Of a stretch of DNA of 56,525 nt, positions 1 through 7,207 are shown piece after piece. Each line of letters begins with the position of its first letter. Position 1 is the first letter of the stretch. The notes under the pieces are model-generated. The model did no database searches and had not been told where the DNA came from. It worked only from the letters and a program-made list of their open reading frames with translations. Origin of the DNA: Myxococcales bacterium (lineage in GTDB: Bacteria; Myxococcota; Myxococcia; Myxococcales; 40CM-4-68-19); the NCBI GenBank assembly GCA_045802855.1, contig JBJMQD010000095.1, positions 1-56,525 on the forward strand. The letters are read 5' to 3'. A program made the translations under genes and the position numbers.

Positions 1-261
1 TCCGCTCCAGGCGGTGAGATTCGAGTCCGACCCGGGTTTGGCGGTCAGGGTGATGGCCGTGCCGTTGGGAAAGCTCGCCGAGCACGTCGTTCCGCAATCG
101 ATGCCGGCGGGGCTCGACGTCACCGATCCGTTCCCGGTGACGGTCACCTTCAGCGTGTGAACGGCGGCTCCGCCGGATCCGCCTCCGCCTCCGCCTCCGG
201 ACCCGCTTCCGCCTCCGGAGCCGGTGACCGTGCCTTGCGGTCCGCACGCGACCAGCGCCAC
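1..261 (-). CDS. Partial lipoprotein (N-terminal part only; the gene runs off the left edge) with a Gly/Ser linker and an InlB-B-repeat-like Cys-containing beta domain. Paralog of 318..1922. The signal peptide appears frameshifted.
   Basis: My minus-strand translation reads (V/M)ALVACGPQGTVTGSGGGSGSGGGGGGSGGAAVHTLKVTVTGNGSVTSSPAGIDCGTTCSASFPNGTAITLTAKPGSDSNLTAWSG. This carries the same VxVxGNGSVxSxPxGIDCGxxCSAxFxxGTxxTLTA motif as the neighbouring gene. The only in-frame start is GTG at 261, and an in-frame TGA lies at 268-270. The ATG at 286 (MNRVWLIL) is in another frame. Confidence 0.6.
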   Translation of the reverse strand, partial: MALVACGPQGTVTGSGGGSGSGGGGGGGSGGAAVHTLKVTVTGNGSVTSSPAGIDCGTTCSASFPNGTAITLTAKPGSDSNLTAWSG

Positions 262-317
262 GGAGAATCAACCAGACGCGATTCATCCCATCGAGAAGCT
301 GCGTCATTGGATACGCC

Positions 318-1922
318 CTAGCGCAGGAGTTTGGGATAGAGGTCGTAGCTGCAGCCCGGACCCGCTGGGTTGGGAACCATCAGCGAGCCGTCGCGGCCTA
401 CCGAAGCCGACGCGGTGAGCTTCGGCACCTTCACGCATCCGCACGACTTGCCCGACGACGCGGCGAGGATCTCGAGATCCCCTCCGCACCTGCCGCCGGC
501 ACCCCAGGTCGCGTACGCCTTGCCGGCGCGGACCACGTAGAGCTGGTTCGCAGCGCGAGGCGCGAGCCAGTCTGGCAACGGACCCGCGACGCTTCCTCCG
601 TCCTCGATTCGGTAAGCGAAGTTCGTGGGCGCGTCGGTGAAGCGGTTCACGAATCCCAACGCGAGACTTCCGTCCGCGAGGAACTGGAAGGCGGGGAATC
701 CCGACCCTTGCAAGTTGAACGGCCCCGAGATCACCGAGCCGTCGCGCGCCACCCAGCGCGCCTGCCAGTTCGGGTTTCCCACCGAGCTGAGAACGAGGGC
801 GTCGCCCGAGAACGCCACGCCGACGCCGCCCACGCGATGCTCGCCGGTGTCGATCTGCACTTCGCCCGTCTCGGCGACGCCGTGCTTGTCGAAGCGCTGG
901 TAGCGCGTGACCCGGCCGCTGTCGTTCGTCAACACCGTCTTCGCGGTGGCGGTGCCGCCCGAGGGATCGATGCCCACCGCCGAGCTCGGCGGATGGGAGA
1001 AGTCGCCGACGGCGATTTGCACGTTCGAGACGACGTGGCCGTCGTGCGACCAGGTGGTGAGGTCGCTTCCTTGCGTCTGCCCCGAGATGGTGAAGCTGGT
1101 GAACCCGGACGGTTGACTGAAGAAGAGCTTGCCGCCTTCGTCGCTGCCGAAGCTGCTCTTGTTCAGCGCAACGGCCTTCCCGTCCTGCACCTGGAAGAAG
1201 TCCCAGGCCGGGAAGACCGGGCCGCTCCCTCTCAAGTAGCCCAGCAGGAAGGTTCCGTCGAGATCGTCGGCCACGCCGCGGGTGCAGGGCAGGCTGTTGT
1301 TCGACGAGATCTCGGCGACGACGGGCGGCGGCAACGTCGCAGGGACGAGGTCCGCGCACTCGTCCGCGGTGGGCGGAGGAGGGTTCGGCGGGGGCGGAGG
1401 ATTCGGGGCGGGTGCAGGGGGCGGGGGTGGAGGATTCGGGGCGGGTGCAGGGGGCGGGGGCGGCGGCGAAGGATTCGGGGCCGGCGCCGGAGCCGGGTTC
1501 GGCGCTGGCGCGGGAGGCGGATTCGGATCGGGCGCGGGCGCTGGGTTCGGACCGGGCGCCGGCGGGGGCTCGGCCTCGGCGGCGAACGTCGCCGTCACGT
1601 TCGCGTTCGACTTCATCACCACGACGCAGGCGGTGGTCCCGGAGCACGCGCCGCTCCAGCCCGTGAAGCTCCATCCGGAGGCGCTCTTTGCGGTGAGCGT
1701 CACCGGCGTACCGTCCGCGAACGTCGCGCTACAAATGGTGCCGCAATCGATGCCTCCGGGATCGGAGCTGACCGACCCGTTCCCGGTGACGTCGATCTGC
1801 AGCGTCTCGACCGTCGGTGCTTCGCTCGCGGTCCCGGGGCCACCCGCCGCCCCGTCCGGCCCGCACGCCGCGAGAACGGCCACGCACAGAGCTCCGACCG
1901 ACCATCTGACGCTGTCGTTCAT
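318..1922 (-). CDS. Secreted lipoprotein: lipobox signal, InlB-B-repeat-like domain, long Pro-rich (PAPAPNP) linker, and a C-terminal domain of about 330 aa with unknown function.
   Basis: This is ORF 318..1973, trimmed to the internal start MNDSVRWSVGALCVAVLAACGPDG (ATG at 1922), which gives a signal peptide plus lipobox. The domain TLQIDVTGNGSVSSDPGGIDCGTICSATFADGTPVTLTAKSASGWSFTGWSGACSG follows, then a Pro-rich linker, then a Cys-containing C-terminal region. Confidence 0.8.
   Translation of the reverse strand: MNDSVRWSVGALCVAVLAACGPDGAAGGPGTASEAPTVETLQIDVTGNGSVSSDPGGIDCGTICSATFADGTPVTLTAKSASGWSFTGWSGACSGTTACVVVMKSNANVTATFAAEAEPPPAPGPNPAPAPDPNPPPAPAPNPAPAPAPNPSPPPPPPAPAPNPPPPPPAPAPNPPPPPNPPPPTADECADLVPATLPPPVVAEISSNNSLPCTRGVADDLDGTFLLGYLRGSGPVFPAWDFFQVQDGKAVALNKSSFGSDEGGKLFFSQPSGFTSFTISGQTQGSDLTTWSHDGHVVSNVQIAVGDFSHPPSSAVGIDPSGGTATAKTVLTNDSGRVTRYQRFDKHGVAETGEVQIDTGEHRVGGVGVAFSGDALVLSSVGNPNWQARWVARDGSVISGPFNLQGSGFPAFQFLADGSLALGFVNRFTDAPTNFAYRIEDGGSVAGPLPDWLAPRAANQLYVVRAGKAYATWGAGGRCGGDLEILAASSGKSCGCVKVPKLTASASVGRDGSLMVPNPAGPGCSYDLYPKLLR
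1396..1460. repeat. Perfect 32-nt unit repeated in tandem with a 33-bp period, inside the Pro-rich linker coding region.
   Basis: ggaggattcggggcgggtgcagggggcggggg occurs at 1396-1427 and again at 1429-1460, separated by one t. On the minus strand this encodes the repeated PPPPPAPAPNPP stretch. The wider region, about 1368-1580, is degenerate repeats of the same kind. Confidence 0.8.
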
Positions 1923-2471
1923 CTCGAAATCCTCGTCGGGTTGTCGTCCCGCCTGATCGACCCTGCCCATCACGTTGTGCTCACGCGGCGGATTTCGCCT
2001 CGAAGGACGAGCGGGCGAGCGCCGGCGCCGGGGGGGTTACCGATTCGATAGCCGCCACCCTCGCAGCTGCAGCAGCTCGCGCTTGCTAGCCCGTGGAGGA
2101 GCCGAGGCGCAATGCGCTGCCTCGCGAGTCGAGGCGCGCTCCGGCGGACCGCTCAGTGCCGCCGAGGCACCGCCCTGCGCGGCGCTTGTCCGCAGGATCG
2201 CTGCTCGAGCGAATCGCCCCTGCCACGTCTGGAGAGCGGCAAGTCCCCGTCAGAGTGGAGAACCGCGGCGTTTCTCCGCATGTGATCCTTGCGGAGCAGG
2301 GGGTGTGCGGACGTGGTGCGAGCTAGGGCCCTGGGCCCCGCAAGACCGATAGGCACGTAGGAGAGGCCCCGAAGCCGTACAGGGGCCAGGGAAGATGAGG
2401 GTCGTCCCCTGAGTTGGGCGACCGGAACAAGGAACGCCGTTCCGGTAAGCAACCAACCAAGGAGACGCCTC

Positions 2472-3605
2472 GTGAAGAAGCTTGCCCTGACGTTCGCCGC
2501 TGCCGCCGCTCTCGTCGCCAGCGCCTCGCAAGCCGCTATCCCCGCGTATCCCGACAATCCCGACGTCCTCTGGAGGGGAGACTTCGAGGAAGGCTTCGGG
2601 TCCCTCACCGGCCACTGCACGTACGGCGACAACGGCTGGTGCAACGAGCAGTCGGTCCGCTCGCAGCAGATCCAGATCGTCGACAATCCCGTGTTCGAGG
2701 GCCATAACGCCGTCCGTTTCGAGGTGAAGTACGGCGACCAGTACAAGGGCTACTCCGACGAGAGGAGCCTCCTCAGCCCGCCCGACACGCTCTGGGAGGA
2801 CGAGGGCAACGAGCGCTGGTACCGGTGGCAGGTGCTGTGGCCGCAGGACTGGGTGGGCAGCTACCCGAAGTGGGACGAGCTCGGCACGCCGTCTTCGCGC
2901 TCGAACGCGGGCTCGATCGTCGAGTGGCACCACGACGCCAACGGCGCCGTCGAGAGCGGCTCCGCGCCCCTCTACTTCCGTGGCGAGGACAAGTACATCA
3001 CCATGTGCCTCGTCGATCAGGCGACCAGCGCCTGCCGCGAGACCGTCAACCTCGCCGAGCTGCAGCGTGGCCACTGGCACGACTTCGTCATGCACGCGAA
3101 GTGGTCGTCCAACCCGAACGTCGGCTACCTCGAGATCTGGATCGACGGCGTGAACGTGCTGCCGAAGCACATGGCCTCGAACAAGTACCCCGGCATGCGG
3201 AACTACCTGCTCATCGGCCTGTACCGGAACGCCCGCATCGGCGATCCGAACCTGCTCTACCCTGACGGCACCCACGTGTACGGCACGGACGGCACCCCTG
3301 GCGTCGCCTACGTCGACGGCTTCGTCATGGGTCGCACGAAGGAGTCCGTGTGGCCGCCCGAGCCGACGCCGGCGCCGACGCCGACCCCCACTCCGGAGAC
3401 GACGCCTGCACCGGCGACGACGCCGCCGGTCACCGCGGGCGCGCCTGCGCCGGAGCCCACCACCGGGGCCGCTCCCGCGACGACGCCGGCAGCCATCGGA
3501 TTTCCCACCGGCGGCTGCTCGAGCGGAGGCTTCCAGTCCGCCTGGCTGGCGCTGCCGCTCATCGGACTCTTCGCGATGCGCCGCCGCCGCGTGATCGAGG
3601 CGTAA
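2472..3605 (+). CDS. Secreted concanavalin-like / polysaccharide-lyase-like protein with a Pro/Thr linker and a C-terminal MYXO-CTERM sorting signal.
   Basis: GTG start preceded by aaggagacgcctc. Signal peptide MKKLALTFAAAAALVASASQAA. The body (WxGDFE..., HWHDFVMHAKWSS..GYLEIWIDG) resembles the Polysacc_lyase/heparin-lyase-I-like fold as I remember it. The tail GGCSSGGFQSAWLALPLIGLFAMRRRR matches the MYXO-CTERM pattern: GC motif, hydrophobic helix, Arg cluster. Confidence 0.7.
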   Translation: MKKLALTFAAAAALVASASQAAIPAYPDNPDVLWRGDFEEGFGSLTGHCTYGDNGWCNEQSVRSQQIQIVDNPVFEGHNAVRFEVKYGDQYKGYSDERSLLSPPDTLWEDEGNERWYRWQVLWPQDWVGSYPKWDELGTPSSRSNAGSIVEWHHDANGAVESGSAPLYFRGEDKYITMCLVDQATSACRETVNLAELQRGHWHDFVMHAKWSSNPNVGYLEIWIDGVNVLPKHMASNKYPGMRNYLLIGLYRNARIGDPNLLYPDGTHVYGTDGTPGVAYVDGFVMGRTKESVWPPEPTPAPTPTPTPETTPAPATTPPVTAGAPAPEPTTGAAPATTPAAIGFPTGGCSSGGFQSAWLALPLIGLFAMRRRRVIEA

Positions 3606-3633
3606 TCGTCGGCGCAGATCTTCCGGTTCTTCC

Positions 3634-3665
3634 AGAGCCGGCCGTCCTTCGGGGCGGCCGGCTCT
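3634..3665. terminator. GC-rich hairpin between convergent genes; a possible bidirectional terminator.
   Basis: agagccggccg (3634-3644) pairs perfectly with cggccggctct (3655-3665) around a 10-nt loop. It lies between the stop at 3605 (+) and the stop at 3682 (-). There is no long T tract. Confidence 0.45.
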
Positions 3666-3681
3666 CTTCATTGGTCGGCGA

Positions 3682-4764
3682 TCACGGCACCAGCACGACC
3701 TGGCCGACCTCGACCTCGAAGCGCTTTCCGTCGCGCTCGACCACCACGGGAACCTTGTCGAGGTTGCGCAGGGCCTCCGGGTCGCCGGGCGGTTTCCCCG
3801 CGACGCTCACGACGACGTCTCCCTCGCGCAGGACGCTCGCGGCCTTGGATCCAGGCCGTAGTTCCGCGATCCGGGCAGTTCCGGAAGGATCCTTCCGCAG
3901 CCGGAATCCCGGGGATCGCAGAGGGGGCGACGGCGGGATGCTCGATCCGGCTGGCCGCGAGAGGCGGACGAGGGCCGATTTCTGGTCGAGCGTCACCACC
4001 AGTTGCTCGAGCGCCTCGATGCCGAGAAGCGGCTCCTCGGGAAAATGCGCCGGAAGCGGGCGGATGGCGACGAGCGGACGCGCGAAGGTGAGCGCGCCGA
4101 CGCGCAGATCGCCCGCGAGTCGTCCCATCCGCACGGGTACTTCGGGGATGGCGGCGCCGCGGGCCGTCCCGACCACGACCGGAGGCGCCGCGAAGGAAAG
4201 CTGCTCCGCGAGCGTGGGCGTCACGCCGAGCGTGCCCGACCCTCGCGTATCGAGGATGGCGCGAAGTTTCTTCCCGCCCACAGCGACCGGGACGGCCCAG
4301 AAGGGACCCGCGCGCGTGAGCGGCAAGCTCTCCGCGGGCGGGAGGGATCCGTGCTCGAACCGCACTTTGGCGGCGGGGAAATCGAGAGTGAGGAGGAGAT
4401 CCTGGTAGAGCGGCAAGCCGAGGATCCCGTCGATGCGCTCGTCCGCGAACCGGGCCCGGGCGGCGGGCAGATCGACGAAGGTGGCGCCGCCGATGACGAT
4501 CTCGCGGAGTCTGAATTCCTCGCCCGCGAGACCGAGTTTCTCCGCCACGCGCGGGGCCAGGGCGACGAACCGGGCCCCGGTCTCGATGCCGAAGCGGAAG
4601 GGCCCTTGTCCATCGACGAGCACCTCGACGGCGGGCCGGCCCGTGACACGCAAGAGCGGCACCTCGACGACGGGACGCGCGAGCCGCACTTCGCGCGGTG
4701 GCGACGGGTCGGGTTCGGAGGGGACGGCCTGGGCCAGAAGCGCGAGCGCGAAGAAGGCGACCAT
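3682..4764 (-). CDS. Secreted retropepsin-like (two aspartyl-protease-like lobes) protein with a C-terminal PDZ domain.
   Basis: This is ORF 3682..4944, trimmed to MVAFFALALLAQA (ATG at 4764), which gives a signal peptide. It has two lobes with the motifs FGIETGARF and AILDTRGSGTLGV. A PDZ-like tail follows (ARIAELRPGSKAASVLREGDVVVSVAGKP). Confidence 0.6.
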   Translation of the reverse strand: MVAFFALALLAQAVPSEPDPSPPREVRLARPVVEVPLLRVTGRPAVEVLVDGQGPFRFGIETGARFVALAPRVAEKLGLAGEEFRLREIVIGGATFVDLPAARARFADERIDGILGLPLYQDLLLTLDFPAAKVRFEHGSLPPAESLPLTRAGPFWAVPVAVGGKKLRAILDTRGSGTLGVTPTLAEQLSFAAPPVVVGTARGAAIPEVPVRMGRLAGDLRVGALTFARPLVAIRPLPAHFPEEPLLGIEALEQLVVTLDQKSALVRLSRPAGSSIPPSPPLRSPGFRLRKDPSGTARIAELRPGSKAASVLREGDVVVSVAGKPPGDPEALRNLDKVPVVVERDGKRFEVEVGQVVLVP

Positions 4765-4865
4765 TTCTCGTTTACGCCCGGCGCAGCGAAACGTGACGGG
4801 GTGACGAAGGGCATTCCGCCGCTTTGGGCCTCGCGCGGCGCGATCCTTGCAGTCCCGAGACAGTG

Positions 4866-6653
4866 ATGAAGGCCGCTCCGGCCCTCGATCCGGTGGCATT
4901 CCTGCGGGCGACTCCGCCCTTCGATCGGCTGCCTCGGCCGGCATTCGAATCGGCGGCCCGCGCGCTGGAGATCGTCTTCCTGCCGGCGGGGACGCGCCTC
5001 CTCGCGCACGGCGACGCGCCTCTTGCGCACCTGTACGTCATCCGCAAGGGCGCGGTGCGCCTCGAGCGCTCCGGCGAGACGGTGCAGGTGCTGGAGGAGG
5101 GCGAGCTGGTCGGCCTCACCTCGCTCTTCTCAGGGACGACGCCTCTCGACGCGACCGTGCTCGAGGACGTGCTGGCGTACCGGATCTCGCGAGCCGCCCT
5201 CCACCCGCTGCTCGCCGATCCGGCGTTCGCCGCTCATTTCGCATCGGGCCTCGCGGACCGCCTGCGCCACAGCCTCGAGCGCACTCCAGACGCCACGTAC
5301 CACGCCAACTTCGCCGCGCCGGTAGGCTCGTTCGTACGCCGCCCTCCGGTGCGCGTGCCGCCCCACGCGACCGTGGGCGAGGCCGCGCGCGCGATGCGCG
5401 ACGCCCACGTCACCTCGGTGCTGGTCGACTCCTCGCCGGCGGGAATCGTGACCGACCGCGACTTGCGCAACCGCGTCCTCGCGGAGGATCTCGGGCCCGC
5501 GACGCCCATCGTGCGGGTACAGAGCGCGCCCCTGCGCTCGCTGCGGGCGGACGCGCCGTTGCACGAGGCTTGGCAGTTCCTGCTGGAAGAGGGCGTGCAC
5601 CATCTGCCGCTCACGCGAGGGGGAGAGATCGTCGGAGTGGTCAATTCCTCGGACCTCCTGCGCCTCGGGCAAGGGCCGCTCGGGGTCGTGCGCAGCGTCG
5701 AGCGCCTGGGGAGCCGCGGCGAGCTGCCCGGGTACGCCGGCCGGATCGCGAAGCTCGCCGCGCGGCTCTCCGGCGGCGGCCTCGACGCACCGGCAATCGC
5801 CGCGCTCGTCGCCAGGCTGAACGATGCTCTCTTGCGCCGCGTCCTCGCCTGGGCGCACGCGGAGCTCGGCCCGGCCCCCTGCGACTACGCCTGGCTCGTG
5901 CTCGGAAGCGAGGGGCGGCGCGAGCAGCTTCTCTTGACCGACCAGGACAACGCGCTCGTCTTCGCATCCGACGGTGCGGAACCGCGCCGCTACTTCACCG
6001 CCTTCGCGGAGCGGGTCGCGAAGGATCTGCTGGCTGCTGGTTTCCCCGAGTGCCCGGGCGGATACATGGCGACGCGGTGGCAAGGGACAACGGACGAGTG
6101 GGAGCAGCGACTCCGGGGCTGGTTGGCCGAGCCGCGGCCTCGAGCGCTCCTCGACGCGAGCGTCTTCCTCGACTTCCGCCGCGCCGGCGGCACTTTGCCC
6201 CTGGAGGGGCTCGAGGAGCTCGCCGCGCGCACCGGCCGCGAGCGGATCTTCCTCGCCGCACTGGCGAAGCTCGCGCTCTCGCTCGCACCGCCCGGCGCGC
6301 TCGCGATGCGGCTGCGCCACGAGATCGACCTGAAGCTCCATTGCGTCGGACCCATGGTCGCGCTCGCCCGTTGCCACGCGCTCGAGGTGGGGTCCCGCGC
6401 CCGCGGCACGCTCGAACGGCTCGCCGCCGCCGCCGAAGCCGGCCTCCTCTCCGCCGAGGACCATGCGAATCTGGACGAGGCGTATCGCTTCTTCCTCCGC
6501 CTCCACCTGCGCGAGCAACTGCGGGGAAGGGGCCGCCAGATCCCGCTGTCCGACCTGTCGATCCCCGACCGGCGCGCGCTCAAGGATTCCCTCGCCGCGC
6601 TGCGCGAGTGGCAAACGACCTCGGCGTATCACTACCGGACGGAATACGTTTGA
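4866..6653 (+). CDS. Signal-transduction protein: cyclic-nucleotide-binding domain + CBS pair + DUF294 (GlnD-like) nucleotidyltransferase + DUF294_C.
   Basis: This is ORF 4824..6653, start taken at MKAAPALD (ATG 4866). The cNMP-like N-terminus reads VFLPAGTRLLAHGDAPLAHLYVIRKGAVRLE. CBS element: ATVGEAARAMRDAHVTSVLVD..GIVTDRDLRNRV. Nucleotidyltransferase motif: LVLGSEGRREQLLLTDQDNALVF. Confidence 0.8.
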   Translation: MKAAPALDPVAFLRATPPFDRLPRPAFESAARALEIVFLPAGTRLLAHGDAPLAHLYVIRKGAVRLERSGETVQVLEEGELVGLTSLFSGTTPLDATVLEDVLAYRISRAALHPLLADPAFAAHFASGLADRLRHSLERTPDATYHANFAAPVGSFVRRPPVRVPPHATVGEAARAMRDAHVTSVLVDSSPAGIVTDRDLRNRVLAEDLGPATPIVRVQSAPLRSLRADAPLHEAWQFLLEEGVHHLPLTRGGEIVGVVNSSDLLRLGQGPLGVVRSVERLGSRGELPGYAGRIAKLAARLSGGGLDAPAIAALVARLNDALLRRVLAWAHAELGPAPCDYAWLVLGSEGRREQLLLTDQDNALVFASDGAEPRRYFTAFAERVAKDLLAAGFPECPGGYMATRWQGTTDEWEQRLRGWLAEPRPRALLDASVFLDFRRAGGTLPLEGLEELAARTGRERIFLAALAKLALSLAPPGALAMRLRHEIDLKLHCVGPMVALARCHALEVGSRARGTLERLAAAAEAGLLSAEDHANLDEAYRFFLRLHLREQLRGRGRQIPLSDLSIPDRRALKDSLAALREWQTTSAYHYRTEYV

Positions 6654-7207
6654 CGCGGCAAGGGACCATCTGGGCGCTCGACCTGGAGACGGGCGGCCTC
6701 GATCCGCGCCGCGACGCCATCATCGCGGTGGGAATGGTGCCGATTCGAGACGGCTCCATCTGCCTCGGCGAGGCATGGCAGACGCTGGTCCGGCCCGAGG
6801 GGCTGGTGAGGCCGGCCTCGATCGGCGCGCACCACATCGTCCCGAGCGAGCTTGCAGGAGCGCCGGCTCTGGTAGACGTGCTCCGCCAGATTGACGCGCG
6901 GCTGCTCGACGGTGCCCTGCTCGTCCACGGCGCGGCGATCGACGTCGCCTTCTTGCGCCGGGCACACAAGGAGCGCGGCCTGAAGTGGCCCGCGCCCGAG
7001 GTGATCGACACGGCAGAGCTTCTCGCGCGCGCCGGCGATCGCAGGCGGTTCCTCGTGCCCCACGCTCCCGAGCCGGAGCTCGATTTGCGAAAAGCGCGCC
7101 GTGCCCTGGGTCTGCCCGACTACCCGGTGCACGACGCGCTCTCCGACGCGATTGCCGCCGCGGAGCTGTACCTCGCCCTCTGCTACTCCGCTCCGACGCC
7201 CAGATAG
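6650..7207 (+). CDS. DEDDh 3'-5' exonuclease (DNA polymerase III epsilon-like), translationally coupled to the DUF294 gene.
   Basis: This is the C-terminal part of ORF 4847..7207, in the same frame as TTG 6650, which overlaps the upstream stop (TTGA). Motifs: ALDLETGGLDP (Exo I), LLVHGAAIDVAFL (Exo II), YPVHDALSDAIAAAELY (Exo III, H-x4-D). Confidence 0.75.
   Translation: MTRQGTIWALDLETGGLDPRRDAIIAVGMVPIRDGSICLGEAWQTLVRPEGLVRPASIGAHHIVPSELAGAPALVDVLRQIDARLLDGALLVHGAAIDVAFLRRAHKERGLKWPAPEVIDTAELLARAGDRRRFLVPHAPEPELDLRKARRALGLPDYPVHDALSDAIAAAELYLALCYSAPTPR

Noticed and set aside
1368-1580. A G-rich repetitive DNA tract, considered as a possible CRISPR array or non-coding repeat array.
   Set aside because: It lies entirely inside the 318..1922 CDS and encodes the PAPAPNP-type proline linker. 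It has no spacer-and-repeat architecture.
2250-3671. A 473-aa minus-strand ORF antisense to the lyase-like gene. The same applies to 304..1674, 708..2051, 2153..2746 and 3350..4408.
   Set aside because: The products are Arg/Gly/Pro/Ala-rich with no recognisable motifs, and the ORFs overlap convincing genes on the other strand or frame. Long spurious ORFs are typical of GC-rich DNA, where stop codons are rare.
4836-4851. A sigma-54-like element, CGGCGC-GATCC-TTGCA, upstream of the DUF294 gene.
   Set aside because: The spacing is correct, but the -12 element ends only 15 nt before the ATG at 4866. That leaves no 5' UTR or RBS. The -24 half is just GC-rich sequence, so this is a likely chance match.
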